64,000 nucleotides of DNA from an uncultured Verrucomicrobiae bacterium (GTDB taxonomy: Bacteria; Verrucomicrobiota; Verrucomicrobiia; Limisphaerales; Palsa-1400), in assembly GCA_963764165.1 (NCBI GenBank), contig CAVXRD010000002.1, positions 576,001 through 640,000 of the forward strand. The letters run 5' to 3'. The translations under genes were made by a program, and so were the position numbers. Of this stretch, positions 47,475 to 55,685 are shown piece by piece; position 1 is the first letter of the stretch; every line of letters begins with the position of its first letter. Under the pieces are notes generated by a model. That model was not told the origin of the DNA. It ran no database searches and saw only the letters and a program-made list of their open reading frames with translations.

Positions 47475-49157
47475 TTGGAAACTCATTCTACGAAAAATTT
47501 ATTCCATACCAGTAGGACGAGACTCCGTCGAGCCGTGATATCTCTTGGAGGTGGGGAAGCCTCGCTGAGGCGTCCGGTTGGGTATGAATCACGCGAAAGG
47601 TGCGGACACCTCGGCGAGGCGTCCCTACCTGCCGCTCCCCGGCACATACACCGCAATTCGCTAATAATCGGCGTGTTGTTGACCCTCCTCATTGTTTTCC
47701 CCGATCACGCCCAAATCCAGCAAGCCTGGGTTGCGCGATACAACAACGGCATCCCGGGCGGCACCAACCAAGCCGTTAAAATGGCTCTTGATTCCACCGG
47801 AAACATTTATGTCACCGGCTTTTCCCAGAACACCAATTCTCAGCTTGGTTACGTCACAATAAAGTACGCGCCCAATGGCAATCAAACGTGGGCGGCGCGG
47901 TATGATTCGACCAATGATCCCTCTGCCGAATCGGCAGCCATCGGTCTCGATAACAGCAACGACGTAATTGTCACCGGGAATGCACTGACGATAAAGTACG
48001 GCTCGAACGGAAATCAGCTTTGGACCGTCCCGTATGCAGGCACCGCTTTGGCTATTGATTCGGGCGGAAACTCTTACGTGGCGGGTTTTGGGACGAATTT
48101 TGGAGCCGTCAAACTCGCGCCTGCGGGAACAAATATCTGGCTGAAGACTTATAGGGACGTGGGACCGACTGTATCGCAGTCCGTTTTGGTGGATAGCGGG
48201 AGTAACGTGTATGTATCCGGCCTCGACGCATACCAGTGGGTGCCAACAACGGAGTCTGATCCTAACATTGGCTTTTTTGCTGTCGGCCTGATGACAATTA
48301 AATATGGCCCGAACGGCAATCAGGTATGGCAGGAGAGCCAAACTGGTGATAATCAGTATAGCAGTGTCCAGGTAACAGGTTCCGGTCTTGATGCCGCCGG
48401 TGATCTTTATCTTTCGGCTAATTTCTCTGGTGGGTCTGGGTTTGCACAGCCATATTCGACCTTCAAATACTTTAGCGATGGTAATTTTGCGTGGATGGCG
48501 CATGATCCCACCGGCGATCTTTACAGTCAAGTGCGCGGGCTGGCCGTTGATAATACTGGATGTGTTATTGTCACGGGAAAAAATGCTTACAATTTTCCTA
48601 GCACCTCCTATGGGACATATAAGTTGAGCAGTAGTGGTGCGTATCTTTGGGCGAACGTTTATCCCAGTATGGCGACGAATTCCAGCGTGGCTACCGCCAT
48701 TGCGGTTGACTCTATCAACAACTCCTACGTTACCGGTTACTCGTCCGGCCCCAACGGCAGCAATGACATTGTGACGATCAAGTATGGGCCGAATGACAAT
48801 CAAATCTGGCTGCAACGCTACCATGGGCCGGGCAGCGGCAATGACGCGCCCAACGCCATCGCCATCGATAAAAACGGCAACGTGTATGTCACCGGCTATG
48901 AAGCCACAACGTCTGGCGGGACAGAAATCGTCACCATCAAATACTCTCCAATCGCCCTCCAAATGCAGCCCAACGGCTCCGTCCTCCTGCAAGCCCAAGG
49001 CACCCCCGGCGAAAACTTCACCATCGAATCCAGCGCGGACTTGCTCAATTGGTTTGACCTCGGCACCGCCACCGCCGACACCAACGGCCTGATGCAATTC
49101 ACCGACACCAACGCCCCCAATTACCCGGCCCGCTTCTACAACACCATCCCGCAATGA
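47475..49157 (+). CDS. Secreted SBBP-repeat beta-propeller protein with C-terminal FYN domain; start uncertain
   Basis: Repeated A[LI]DSxGNxYVTG...TIKYxPNGNQxW units; signal-like segment SLIIGVLLTLLIVFPDHA. Confidence 0.85.
   Translation: METHSTKNLFHTSRTRLRRAVISLGGGEASLRRPVGYESRERCGHLGEASLPAAPRHIHRNSLIIGVLLTLLIVFPDHAQIQQAWVARYNNGIPGGTNQAVKMALDSTGNIYVTGFSQNTNSQLGYVTIKYAPNGNQTWAARYDSTNDPSAESAAIGLDNSNDVIVTGNALTIKYGSNGNQLWTVPYAGTALAIDSGGNSYVAGFGTNFGAVKLAPAGTNIWLKTYRDVGPTVSQSVLVDSGSNVYVSGLDAYQWVPTTESDPNIGFFAVGLMTIKYGPNGNQVWQESQTGDNQYSSVQVTGSGLDAAGDLYLSANFSGGSGFAQPYSTFKYFSDGNFAWMAHDPTGDLYSQVRGLAVDNTGCVIVTGKNAYNFPSTSYGTYKLSSSGAYLWANVYPSMATNSSVATAIAVDSINNSYVTGYSSGPNGSNDIVTIKYGPNDNQIWLQRYHGPGSGNDAPNAIAIDKNGNVYVTGYEATTSGGTEIVTIKYSPIALQMQPNGSVLLQAQGTPGENFTIESSADLLNWFDLGTATADTNGLMQFTDTNAPNYPARFYNTIPQ
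47512..47629. repeat. Family B single REP plus degenerate family A doublet in the 5' end of the SBBP ORF
   Basis: GTAGGACGAGACTCCGTCGAGCC (47512-47534); GGTGGGGAAGCCTCGCTGAGGCGTCCG ... CGGACACCTCGGCGAGGCGTCCCTACC (47550-47629). Confidence 0.8.
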
Positions 49158-49170
49158 CTGGGACAAAATG

Positions 49171-49290
49171 AATCTGGAACTCATGAACTCAGGAAAAAGC
49201 GCCAACAGAAGGAAGCGAAGTGAACGAAGGAGGGCGAACCGCGCCGAACAGACGATTTGCCCCCCTTCGTTATCTTCGCGCCTTTCTGTT
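49171..49290. repeat. Purine-rich/pyrimidine-rich inverted repeat plus a dispersed short motif
   Basis: AACAGAAGGAAGCGAAGTGAACGAAGG versus CCTTCGTTATCTTCGCGCCTTTCTGTT; AATCTGGAAC..GAACTCAGGAAAAG also occurs at 20788-20815. Confidence 0.55.
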
Positions 49291-49389
49291 CAATACGTTT
49301 CCGGCAACCTCGACAGCTCCGGCTGGTTCTTCAAGGCCAGCGCCCAGTTGGGCTCGAATTCAAATCTCTGGTCGTGATGCCAGCCTCAA

Positions 49390-49495
49390 GCGAGGCCCCG
49401 GGGCTCCGGCTGGCTGCTTAAACCCGGCGAGCCGGTCATGCCGCAAGGATCAAATTCGGCCTGACGTCGAAGCCGAATTTTGTTGCGTTCTTGCA
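49390..49495 (-). pseudogene. Aldo/keto reductase fragment
   Basis: ATKFGFDVRPN then, after a frameshift, FDPCGMTGSPGLSSQPE; resembles the ATKFGF...GLNSRPE segment of AKRs. Confidence 0.5.
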
Positions 49496-49514
49496 AATAT
49501 TTCTCTTTCGATTC

Positions 49515-49925
49515 TCACTTCGATTGCGGGCTGCCTTGATATTGTTCGTCGCTCACCTTTTCCGCCCAATCCACAACTTTGCCCTCGAGAGATTCCTGAA
49601 TCGCGATGTGTGTCATGGCGGTGGTTGGAGAAGCTCCATGCCAATGTCTTTCGCCGGGCGGGAACCAGACGACATCGCCGGGGCGAATTTCCTCAATGGG
49701 ACCGCCCTCGCGCTGGGCGCGCCCGCAGCCGGCGGTGACAATCAAAGTCTGGCCGAGTGGATGCGTGTGCCAGGCGGTGCGGGCGCCGGGCTCAAAAGTG
49801 ACGCATGCGGCTGCCGTCCGCGCGGGCGCGTTCGGCTGAAACAGCGGATCGATCCGCACGGCGCCCGTAAACCAATCGGCCGGGCCTTTTCCAGATGGCT
49901 GTGAGCCATTTTTTTTGATTTCCAT
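49515..49925 (-). CDS. Cupin-domain protein
   Basis: [20 protein letters not shown] and [17 protein letters not shown]; start at ATG 49925. Confidence 0.92.
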   Translation of the reverse strand: MEIKKNGSQPSGKGPADWFTGAVRIDPLFQPNAPARTAAACVTFEPGARTAWHTHPLGQTLIVTAGCGRAQREGGPIEEIRPGDVVWFPPGERHWHGASPTTAMTHIAIQESLEGKVVDWAEKVSDEQYQGSPQSK

Positions 49926-49941
49926 AATTCTTAACGATCGT

Positions 49942-50179
49942 TCATTTCTTAAGCGCGGCCATGTCAATAACAAATCGATAATGGACATCCTTCTTGAGCA
50001 GCCGCTCCCATGCGTCGTTGACTTTTTGGATGGGAATGATTTCCCCAGTGGCAGACGCCGCCGAGGAGAATATCAATCTCAACCTCCGCCGGCCCCGGTC
50101 CGCGGCGGGCGATGCCGCATGGGGACAGTGATGAGGCGGCGTTTTGCGCCGCCTGCAATTGGACTTGCTTCGTAACCAT
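49942..50179 (-). pseudogene. Zn-dependent alcohol dehydrogenase (cinnamyl ADH/YahK-like) with large internal deletion
   Basis: N-terminus [22 protein letters not shown] joined out of frame near 50045 to C-terminus [27 protein letters not shown]. Confidence 0.8.
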
Positions 50180-50227
50180 GGAGCCAATCTAGCCCATGAC
50201 CCGAATCTGTCACTAGCCGAACATGAC

Positions 50228-52585
50228 TCACCCTGCGAGGGTTTTGTGAATGGCCGCCAGCAATTTGTGCGGCGTATAGGGTTTTTGCAAAACAACAAAC
50301 GATTCTTCGCGCGCGAGCGCTTCCACTCGCTCCTTGTCCAAGGCGCCTGTGGCCGCGAGGAGCTTGATTTTCGGGTTGAGTTTTCGGAGCGTGCGAATGG
50401 TGGGCTCTCCGTCCATGAACGGCATGGTCATGTCCGTCATGACCATCGCCACTTCGTCTTTGTGCGCGGCATACAATCGGACCGCCTCGGCCCCATCGCC
50501 GGCCAGCAGCACTTCATATCCATTGGCTTCGAGCGTTGCCTTGAGAACTTCGCGAATGGATGCCTCGTCCTCAGCGACGAGCAGCCATTCGCCGCTTCCA
50601 GGCGGTGGAGCGGCAGCGGGACCTTCTTTCACGGATGCCCCTGCGGAATCCGCGGGGAAATAAATCGAAAACGTCGTGCCCTCGCCCTCCACGGTTTCCA
50701 CGCCCAGGAAGCCCGCATGTGTGTCAACAATTGTTTTAACCGTGGAAAGCCCCAGGCCAGTGCCCTTGCCTTTGTCCTTGGTGGTGAAAAAGGGATCGAA
50801 CAGCTTCTTCTGCACTTCAGGGCTCATCCCGGTCCCGGTATCCGAAACCGTGACGCAAACAAAGCGCCCCGATTTTTGCGCCAGCGAGAATCGCGGATCG
50901 CTTTCGTCGATGTCCAGATTCGCCGCCGCAATTCTCAAAGTTCCGCCGCGTGGCATCGCGTCGCGCGCGTTGATGCAGAGATTCATGAACACTTGATACA
51001 ATTGCGTTGCGTCCCCGTTGACCGGCCATAATTGCGTGGGAACGTCCGTTTCCAGGCGAATCTGCCGCGGGAATGTTTCGCGCATCATGCTTTGCAATTC
51101 AGACAAGAGGTGCTGCAACTGGATCGGGCCGGCGCCGCCCTCCAGCCCGCGGGCGAAGGTCAAAATCTGCTTGACCATCTCCGAGCCGCGGCGGGCGCTG
51201 CCGCGCAGCAAACCGAGCATATGGCCGCGGTCCGGGTCCGTCGTGTCGTCGGCAAGAAGCTCCGACGCCATGAGAATCGGCGTGAAAACATTGTTGAGAT
51301 CGTGAGCGATGCCGCTGGCCAGGATGCCAATGCTCTCCAGCCGCTGGGCGCGCAGAAATTTTTGCTCGAGAATTTTGCGCTCGGTCAAATCCGTGTTCGC
51401 GACCAAAAACCCGTAAGGCCGCCCTGAGCGGTCACTCAAAAGACGCCACCGGCTTTGCACCGTGAGGCGTTTGCCGGTTTTCGTGAAAAGCGCCACCTCG
51501 GCCTCCCAATAGCCCGTTTTTAGCGTCACCGCGGATGCTTCGGGCACATGCATTTCCTGGCCCTGAAGGAGAAGCTCCTTGACGGATTTTCCAATCGCTT
51601 CCTCGGCGGACCATCCGTAAAGCCGCTCGGCCGACCCGTTCCAAAACAGGACGCGGTTTTCCAAGTCGCGAAGCATGATCGCGTCGTGCGTTTCGTCCAG
51701 CAAGGCCGCCTGCTCGCGCATTTTTTCCTCGACTGTGCGTTTTTCCGTCACGTCTTGAATCAAGCCAAGCATGCGAACGCATTTGCCGCGCGCGTCGTGC
51801 AGGCAGAAGCCGCGGTCGTGAAGCCACGCATGGGCCTCGGCGCCGCCGCCGAATCGATACGTCATGTCAAACGCCGCGCCGGCGGCGGCCGCTTTTTCGA
51901 GGCGGGCGGCGACCCGCGCGCAATCATCTGGATGAACCGCCGAAAGCCAGCTCCCATCCGCGCGGTTGAACATGCTGGCAGCGCGTCCGAGGACCCGGTC
52001 GGAGCCGTCGCTCCACACTGTCCCGCCGCTGGCAAGGTCCACGTCATAAACGGCCAGACCCGACGAGGCCACGATCATGTCGTAGCGTTTCTTCCAGGAG
52101 GAAGCCGCCTGCTCCGCCGCGGTCAGCGACTCATTGGCTTTTTCCAATTCGGCGGTCCTGCGCCGGACGCGGTTTTCCAGGTCGCTGTTGGCTTCGCGAA
52201 GCTGCTGCTTGAGCTGGTGGTTCTTGATGGCCATCTCAATGGAAACTTGCAGCTCGCGCTCGCGATATGGCTTGAGGATAAAGCCCGCCGCCTCGGTGTC
52301 GCGCAAGCGGGCCACGGTTTCGTTATCGGCGTTGGCAGTCAAATAAATGACAGGAATGTCCGATTGCCGGCGAATGCGCTGGGCAGCCTCAATGCCGTCG
52401 ACGCTGCCGTGAAGCATGATGTCCATGAGAACCAGGTCCGGCTCCAGGGCTCCGGAGCGCTCGACCGCCTCTTCGCCGCTGGTGGCGACGGGGGGGACGT
52501 CGTAACCCATGTTGGAAAGCCGGCGGCGCAAATCCAACGCGGCGAGAGTCTCGTCTTCCGTGATTAAAATTTTCAGCGGTGTCAC
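50228..52585 (-). CDS. Cytoplasmic hybrid sensor kinase REC-PAS-PAS-HisKA-HATPase-REC
   Basis: ILITEDE and LMDIML; VHPDD; GIAHDLNN; NARDAM; FDPFFTTK; GTGLGL; C-terminal LVAEDE receiver. Confidence 0.94.
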   Translation of the reverse strand: MTPLKILITEDETLAALDLRRRLSNMGYDVPPVATSGEEAVERSGALEPDLVLMDIMLHGSVDGIEAAQRIRRQSDIPVIYLTANADNETVARLRDTEAAGFILKPYRERELQVSIEMAIKNHQLKQQLREANSDLENRVRRRTAELEKANESLTAAEQAASSWKKRYDMIVASSGLAVYDVDLASGGTVWSDGSDRVLGRAASMFNRADGSWLSAVHPDDCARVAARLEKAAAAGAAFDMTYRFGGGAEAHAWLHDRGFCLHDARGKCVRMLGLIQDVTEKRTVEEKMREQAALLDETHDAIMLRDLENRVLFWNGSAERLYGWSAEEAIGKSVKELLLQGQEMHVPEASAVTLKTGYWEAEVALFTKTGKRLTVQSRWRLLSDRSGRPYGFLVANTDLTERKILEQKFLRAQRLESIGILASGIAHDLNNVFTPILMASELLADDTTDPDRGHMLGLLRGSARRGSEMVKQILTFARGLEGGAGPIQLQHLLSELQSMMRETFPRQIRLETDVPTQLWPVNGDATQLYQVFMNLCINARDAMPRGGTLRIAAANLDIDESDPRFSLAQKSGRFVCVTVSDTGTGMSPEVQKKLFDPFFTTKDKGKGTGLGLSTVKTIVDTHAGFLGVETVEGEGTTFSIYFPADSAGASVKEGPAAAPPPGSGEWLLVAEDEASIREVLKATLEANGYEVLLAGDGAEAVRLYAAHKDEVAMVMTDMTMPFMDGEPTIRTLRKLNPKIKLLAATGALDKERVEALAREESFVVLQKPYTPHKLLAAIHKTLAG

Positions 52586-52845
52586 TTGGCGGCTAAAGTT
52601 GCGTCAATGATTGGCGGACAAGCGTGAAGCCCGGTTTCCTTTCGATATAAGAAAGCTTCACAAAATTTCCCCCTTCGTCAAGGCCGCATTCGGTTCCGGA
52701 TGCGATTGCGACTGGCCTTTCAGGGCTTCCGTTTCCGGCATGTCGCGAAAACCAAGGGTGCAATAGCGCGCAATGCCCAGCCCCGAACCAGAGACTTGTT
52801 AACCCGCCTCCCACCGTTTGAACGGGATCATTTCAGATTCCGTCG

Positions 52846-53156
52846 TTAAATAACATTTATCGTCTTAACCCCAAAGAAACGCCCGCCGGCGAGAAGGTGG
52901 GTGTCGTTTGAATATAAATCTGTGAATCCCGCCTCCGCGGCGCAAGCTAGATGCAACGCATCGGCTGAACGCAGTGGGATTGTTGCGGGCAATTTATCGT
53001 AACACTCGCCAATACGGGATGGCTGGGGGAGGCGTTTCCGGAACCATTTTTGCGACGGTTCGCCCGTTGTCAGTGACCAACACCTGGCCTTGCTCAGCCG
53101 CGTGGCGAACCCATTTTCCGGTGGGCGTGCAACTCCCGAATGGAAATCGTCTTCAT
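52846..53156 (-). pseudogene. Decayed Phd/YefM-VapC toxin-antitoxin module
   Basis: Frameshifted antitoxin MKTISIRELHA/TGKWVRHAAEQGQVLVTDNGRTVAKMVP fused near 53010 to the PIN C-terminus LRSADALHLACA...LYSND. Confidence 0.8.
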
Positions 53157-53367
53157 GTATCACAGTGTGTCACGGCAAGGACGACAGGTCAAGGGCGCTG
53201 CTTTGCAGTCAAAGCCAGGGAGGCCTCAACGAGGCGTCTCCTCAAAAAAATTGTTAAAGAAAATCTCTTGACGGCTTCGCGGAATAATGCAATGTCACAC
53301 GCATGTGCGGAGCGGTTCGCCACGAATCAGTTCCGCCGTGTGTTCGATGAGAATTGCACCGCGTTTG

Positions 53368-54849
53368 ATGCGCGGCACTTTTAGCCTGGCTGTTTTTGTC
53401 TTCTTGCTCGCTAGCAGGCCCACTCCCGGTTTTTGCGAGGACCACCTCAAAGCAATCCTATCACGCTCGGAATTGCGCTGGGGCGCTGACGCCGAGGGCG
53501 GCGCGCCGTATGTCTACCCCGATCCGCAGAAGCCGGAGCAAATGACCGGCTTCGAGTTTGATCTTGCTGATGCGCTTGCGTCGAAATTGGGCGTCAAGTC
53601 GAAAATGGTGCAGAACCAATGGGACCAGCTTCTCCCGGCGCTGGATCGGGGGAATTTCGACATCGTCCTTAACGGCCTGGAAATTACGGCGGACAACCAG
53701 CAGCACGCGGCGATGTCGCGCCCGTATTACGTTTACACACAGCAAATCGTCACCCGCGCCGGCGCATCCGGCCCCACCAATCTTGACGGGCTGACGGGCA
53801 AGACGGTCGGCGTGCTTGCGTCTTCCGCCGCCGAACGGCTGTTGCAAAAACACGGCGGCATTACGGTCAAGACGTATCCCGGCAACGTGGAAAGCTTTCT
53901 TGATCTCAAGGCAAAACGAATTGATATCGCCGTGCTGGATCTTCCCATCGCGCTTTACTATGCGAAGCCGGATCCTGAATTGAAGCTTTCCGGCCCATCC
54001 TTCGCTCCGGGTTATTACGGAATCGGTGTGCGCAAGGAGGACAAAACATTGCTCGCCGCCATCAATCAGTGCCTGGAGCAGCTTATTCGCGACGGGACAC
54101 TGCAGCGGATTTATCAGCGGCACGGCTTGTGGGATGAGCGGCAACTGGCATTGGCTGATTACAAGACCGAAGCCGTGGCACAGCGGAAGTCCATTTCCGC
54201 GCTCCGCGAATGGCCCAAGTATCTGCCGCTACTGCTGCGCGGGGCGGTCACGACGGTGGAGCTTTCCGTGGTCGCGATGGCGTTGGCAGTTGTTACCGGA
54301 TTGGTTGTGGTGCTTTGCCGGTTGTATGGCTCAACGATTGTTCGCTGGCTGGCGCATGCTTACGTGGAAATCATGCGCGGGACGCCGCTCTTGATTCAGC
54401 TTTTTCTTATTTACTACGGACTCCCGCAAATCGGCATCCGGCTCAATGCCTTCGTCGCGGGAATTCTTGGGCTTGGATTGAATTACGCCGCCAACGAGGC
54501 GGAGAATTACCGCGCCGGCATTCAAGCCATTCCCAAAGGCCAGACCGAGGCGGCGCTGGCGCTCGGGATGACTCGCGCGCAGATTTTGCGAAAAATTGTT
54601 TTGCCGCAGGCCGTGCGCCTCGTGATTCCGCCGGTGACGAACGACTTCATTTCGATGTTCAAGGATTCGTCCATTGTGTCTGTGATCACGATGGTGGAAT
54701 TGACCAAGGTTTACGGCGAATTGGCCACCGCCACGTATGATTACATCGGCCTCGGTTTGATGACAGCGGCGATTTACCTCGGATTGAGCTATCCCGCGTC
54801 CATTTTCGCCCATTGGTTGGAAAGGAGGTTAAGCCATGATCATCGTTGA
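53368..54849 (+). CDS. Polar amino-acid ABC transporter, fused substrate-binding and permease domains
   Basis: GFEFDLADAL, WDQLLPAL..GNFD; RGTPLLIQLF, GQTEAALALGM; start may be 53347. Confidence 0.92.
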   Translation: MRGTFSLAVFVFLLASRPTPGFCEDHLKAILSRSELRWGADAEGGAPYVYPDPQKPEQMTGFEFDLADALASKLGVKSKMVQNQWDQLLPALDRGNFDIVLNGLEITADNQQHAAMSRPYYVYTQQIVTRAGASGPTNLDGLTGKTVGVLASSAAERLLQKHGGITVKTYPGNVESFLDLKAKRIDIAVLDLPIALYYAKPDPELKLSGPSFAPGYYGIGVRKEDKTLLAAINQCLEQLIRDGTLQRIYQRHGLWDERQLALADYKTEAVAQRKSISALREWPKYLPLLLRGAVTTVELSVVAMALAVVTGLVVVLCRLYGSTIVRWLAHAYVEIMRGTPLLIQLFLIYYGLPQIGIRLNAFVAGILGLGLNYAANEAENYRAGIQAIPKGQTEAALALGMTRAQILRKIVLPQAVRLVIPPVTNDFISMFKDSSIVSVITMVELTKVYGELATATYDYIGLGLMTAAIYLGLSYPASIFAHWLERRLSHDHR

Positions 54850-55588
54850 GAAGCTGGTGAAGTCCTATCACACGAACCGTGTCCTGCACGGCATAGACCA
54901 TGCGCAAAAACGCGGCGAGGCGGTCGTCTTGATTGGGCCGAGCGGCTGTGGAAAAAGCACTTTCCTGCGATGCCTCAATCAGCTTGAAGCTGCGGACGCG
55001 GGGCGCATCACGATTGGCGATCTCAGCGTGAATGTGGGCGGCGCTCCGCGAAATTCCATCGAACGCGAACAGCAGCGCATGCTCAGGCTTCGCGCCGGAA
55101 TGGTCTTTCAGTCGTTCAATTTGTTCCCGCATTTGACCGCGCTGCAAAACATCACGGTCGGGCCAATAACAGTCAAGAAGATTTCAGGCGCCGAAGCCAA
55201 AGCCGCCGCCATGACGCTTCTGGAAAAGGTTGGATTGGAGAACAAAGCCGGAGCTTATCCCGCGCAACTTTCAGGCGGCCAGCAGCAGCGCGTCGCCATT
55301 GCCCGCGCGCTGGCGATGCAGCCGGAAGTCATGCTGTTCGACGAGCCGACCAGCGCGCTTGATCCCGAACTGAAAGACGAAGTGCTCCGCGTCATGCGCC
55401 AGCTTGCCGAGGAAGGAATGACAATGATCGTCGTCACGCACGAAATGCAATTCGCGCGCGACATGGCGGACAATGTCCTTTTCTTCGAAGGAGGCCGCGT
55501 TGTTGAGTCCGGACCGCCCGAGCAGATATTCGAGGCGCCTCTGCAAGATCGCACGCGTGATTTTGTCCGCGCGGCAGGGCCGAGATGA
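54836..55588 (+). CDS. Polar amino-acid ABC transporter ATP-binding protein (GlnQ-like)
   Basis: GPSGCGKST, FQSFNLFPH, LSGGQQQR, LFDEPTSALDPE, VTHEM. Confidence 0.94.
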   Translation: MIIVEKLVKSYHTNRVLHGIDHAQKRGEAVVLIGPSGCGKSTFLRCLNQLEAADAGRITIGDLSVNVGGAPRNSIEREQQRMLRLRAGMVFQSFNLFPHLTALQNITVGPITVKKISGAEAKAAAMTLLEKVGLENKAGAYPAQLSGGQQQRVAIARALAMQPEVMLFDEPTSALDPELKDEVLRVMRQLAEEGMTMIVVTHEMQFARDMADNVLFFEGGRVVESGPPEQIFEAPLQDRTRDFVRAAGPR

Positions 55589-55634
55589 CGCAGCCGGCAA
55601 AGTTTGATCATCGTTCCCTTCGCCGACCACCAAC

Positions 55635-55671
55635 AAAAAGCCCGGACACCCACTGAGGCGTCCGGGCTTCT
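55635..55671 (-). terminator. Terminator between the convergent ABC and pil operons
   Basis: AAGCCCGGAC/GTCCGGGCTT stem with a T tract on the minus strand. Confidence 0.7.
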
Positions 55672-55685
55672 GCAAAAGACTCTGC

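Noticed and set aside
47661..49205. 514-aa antisense ORF over the SBBP gene
   Set aside because: Shadow frame of a gene with clear repeats; no recognisable motifs
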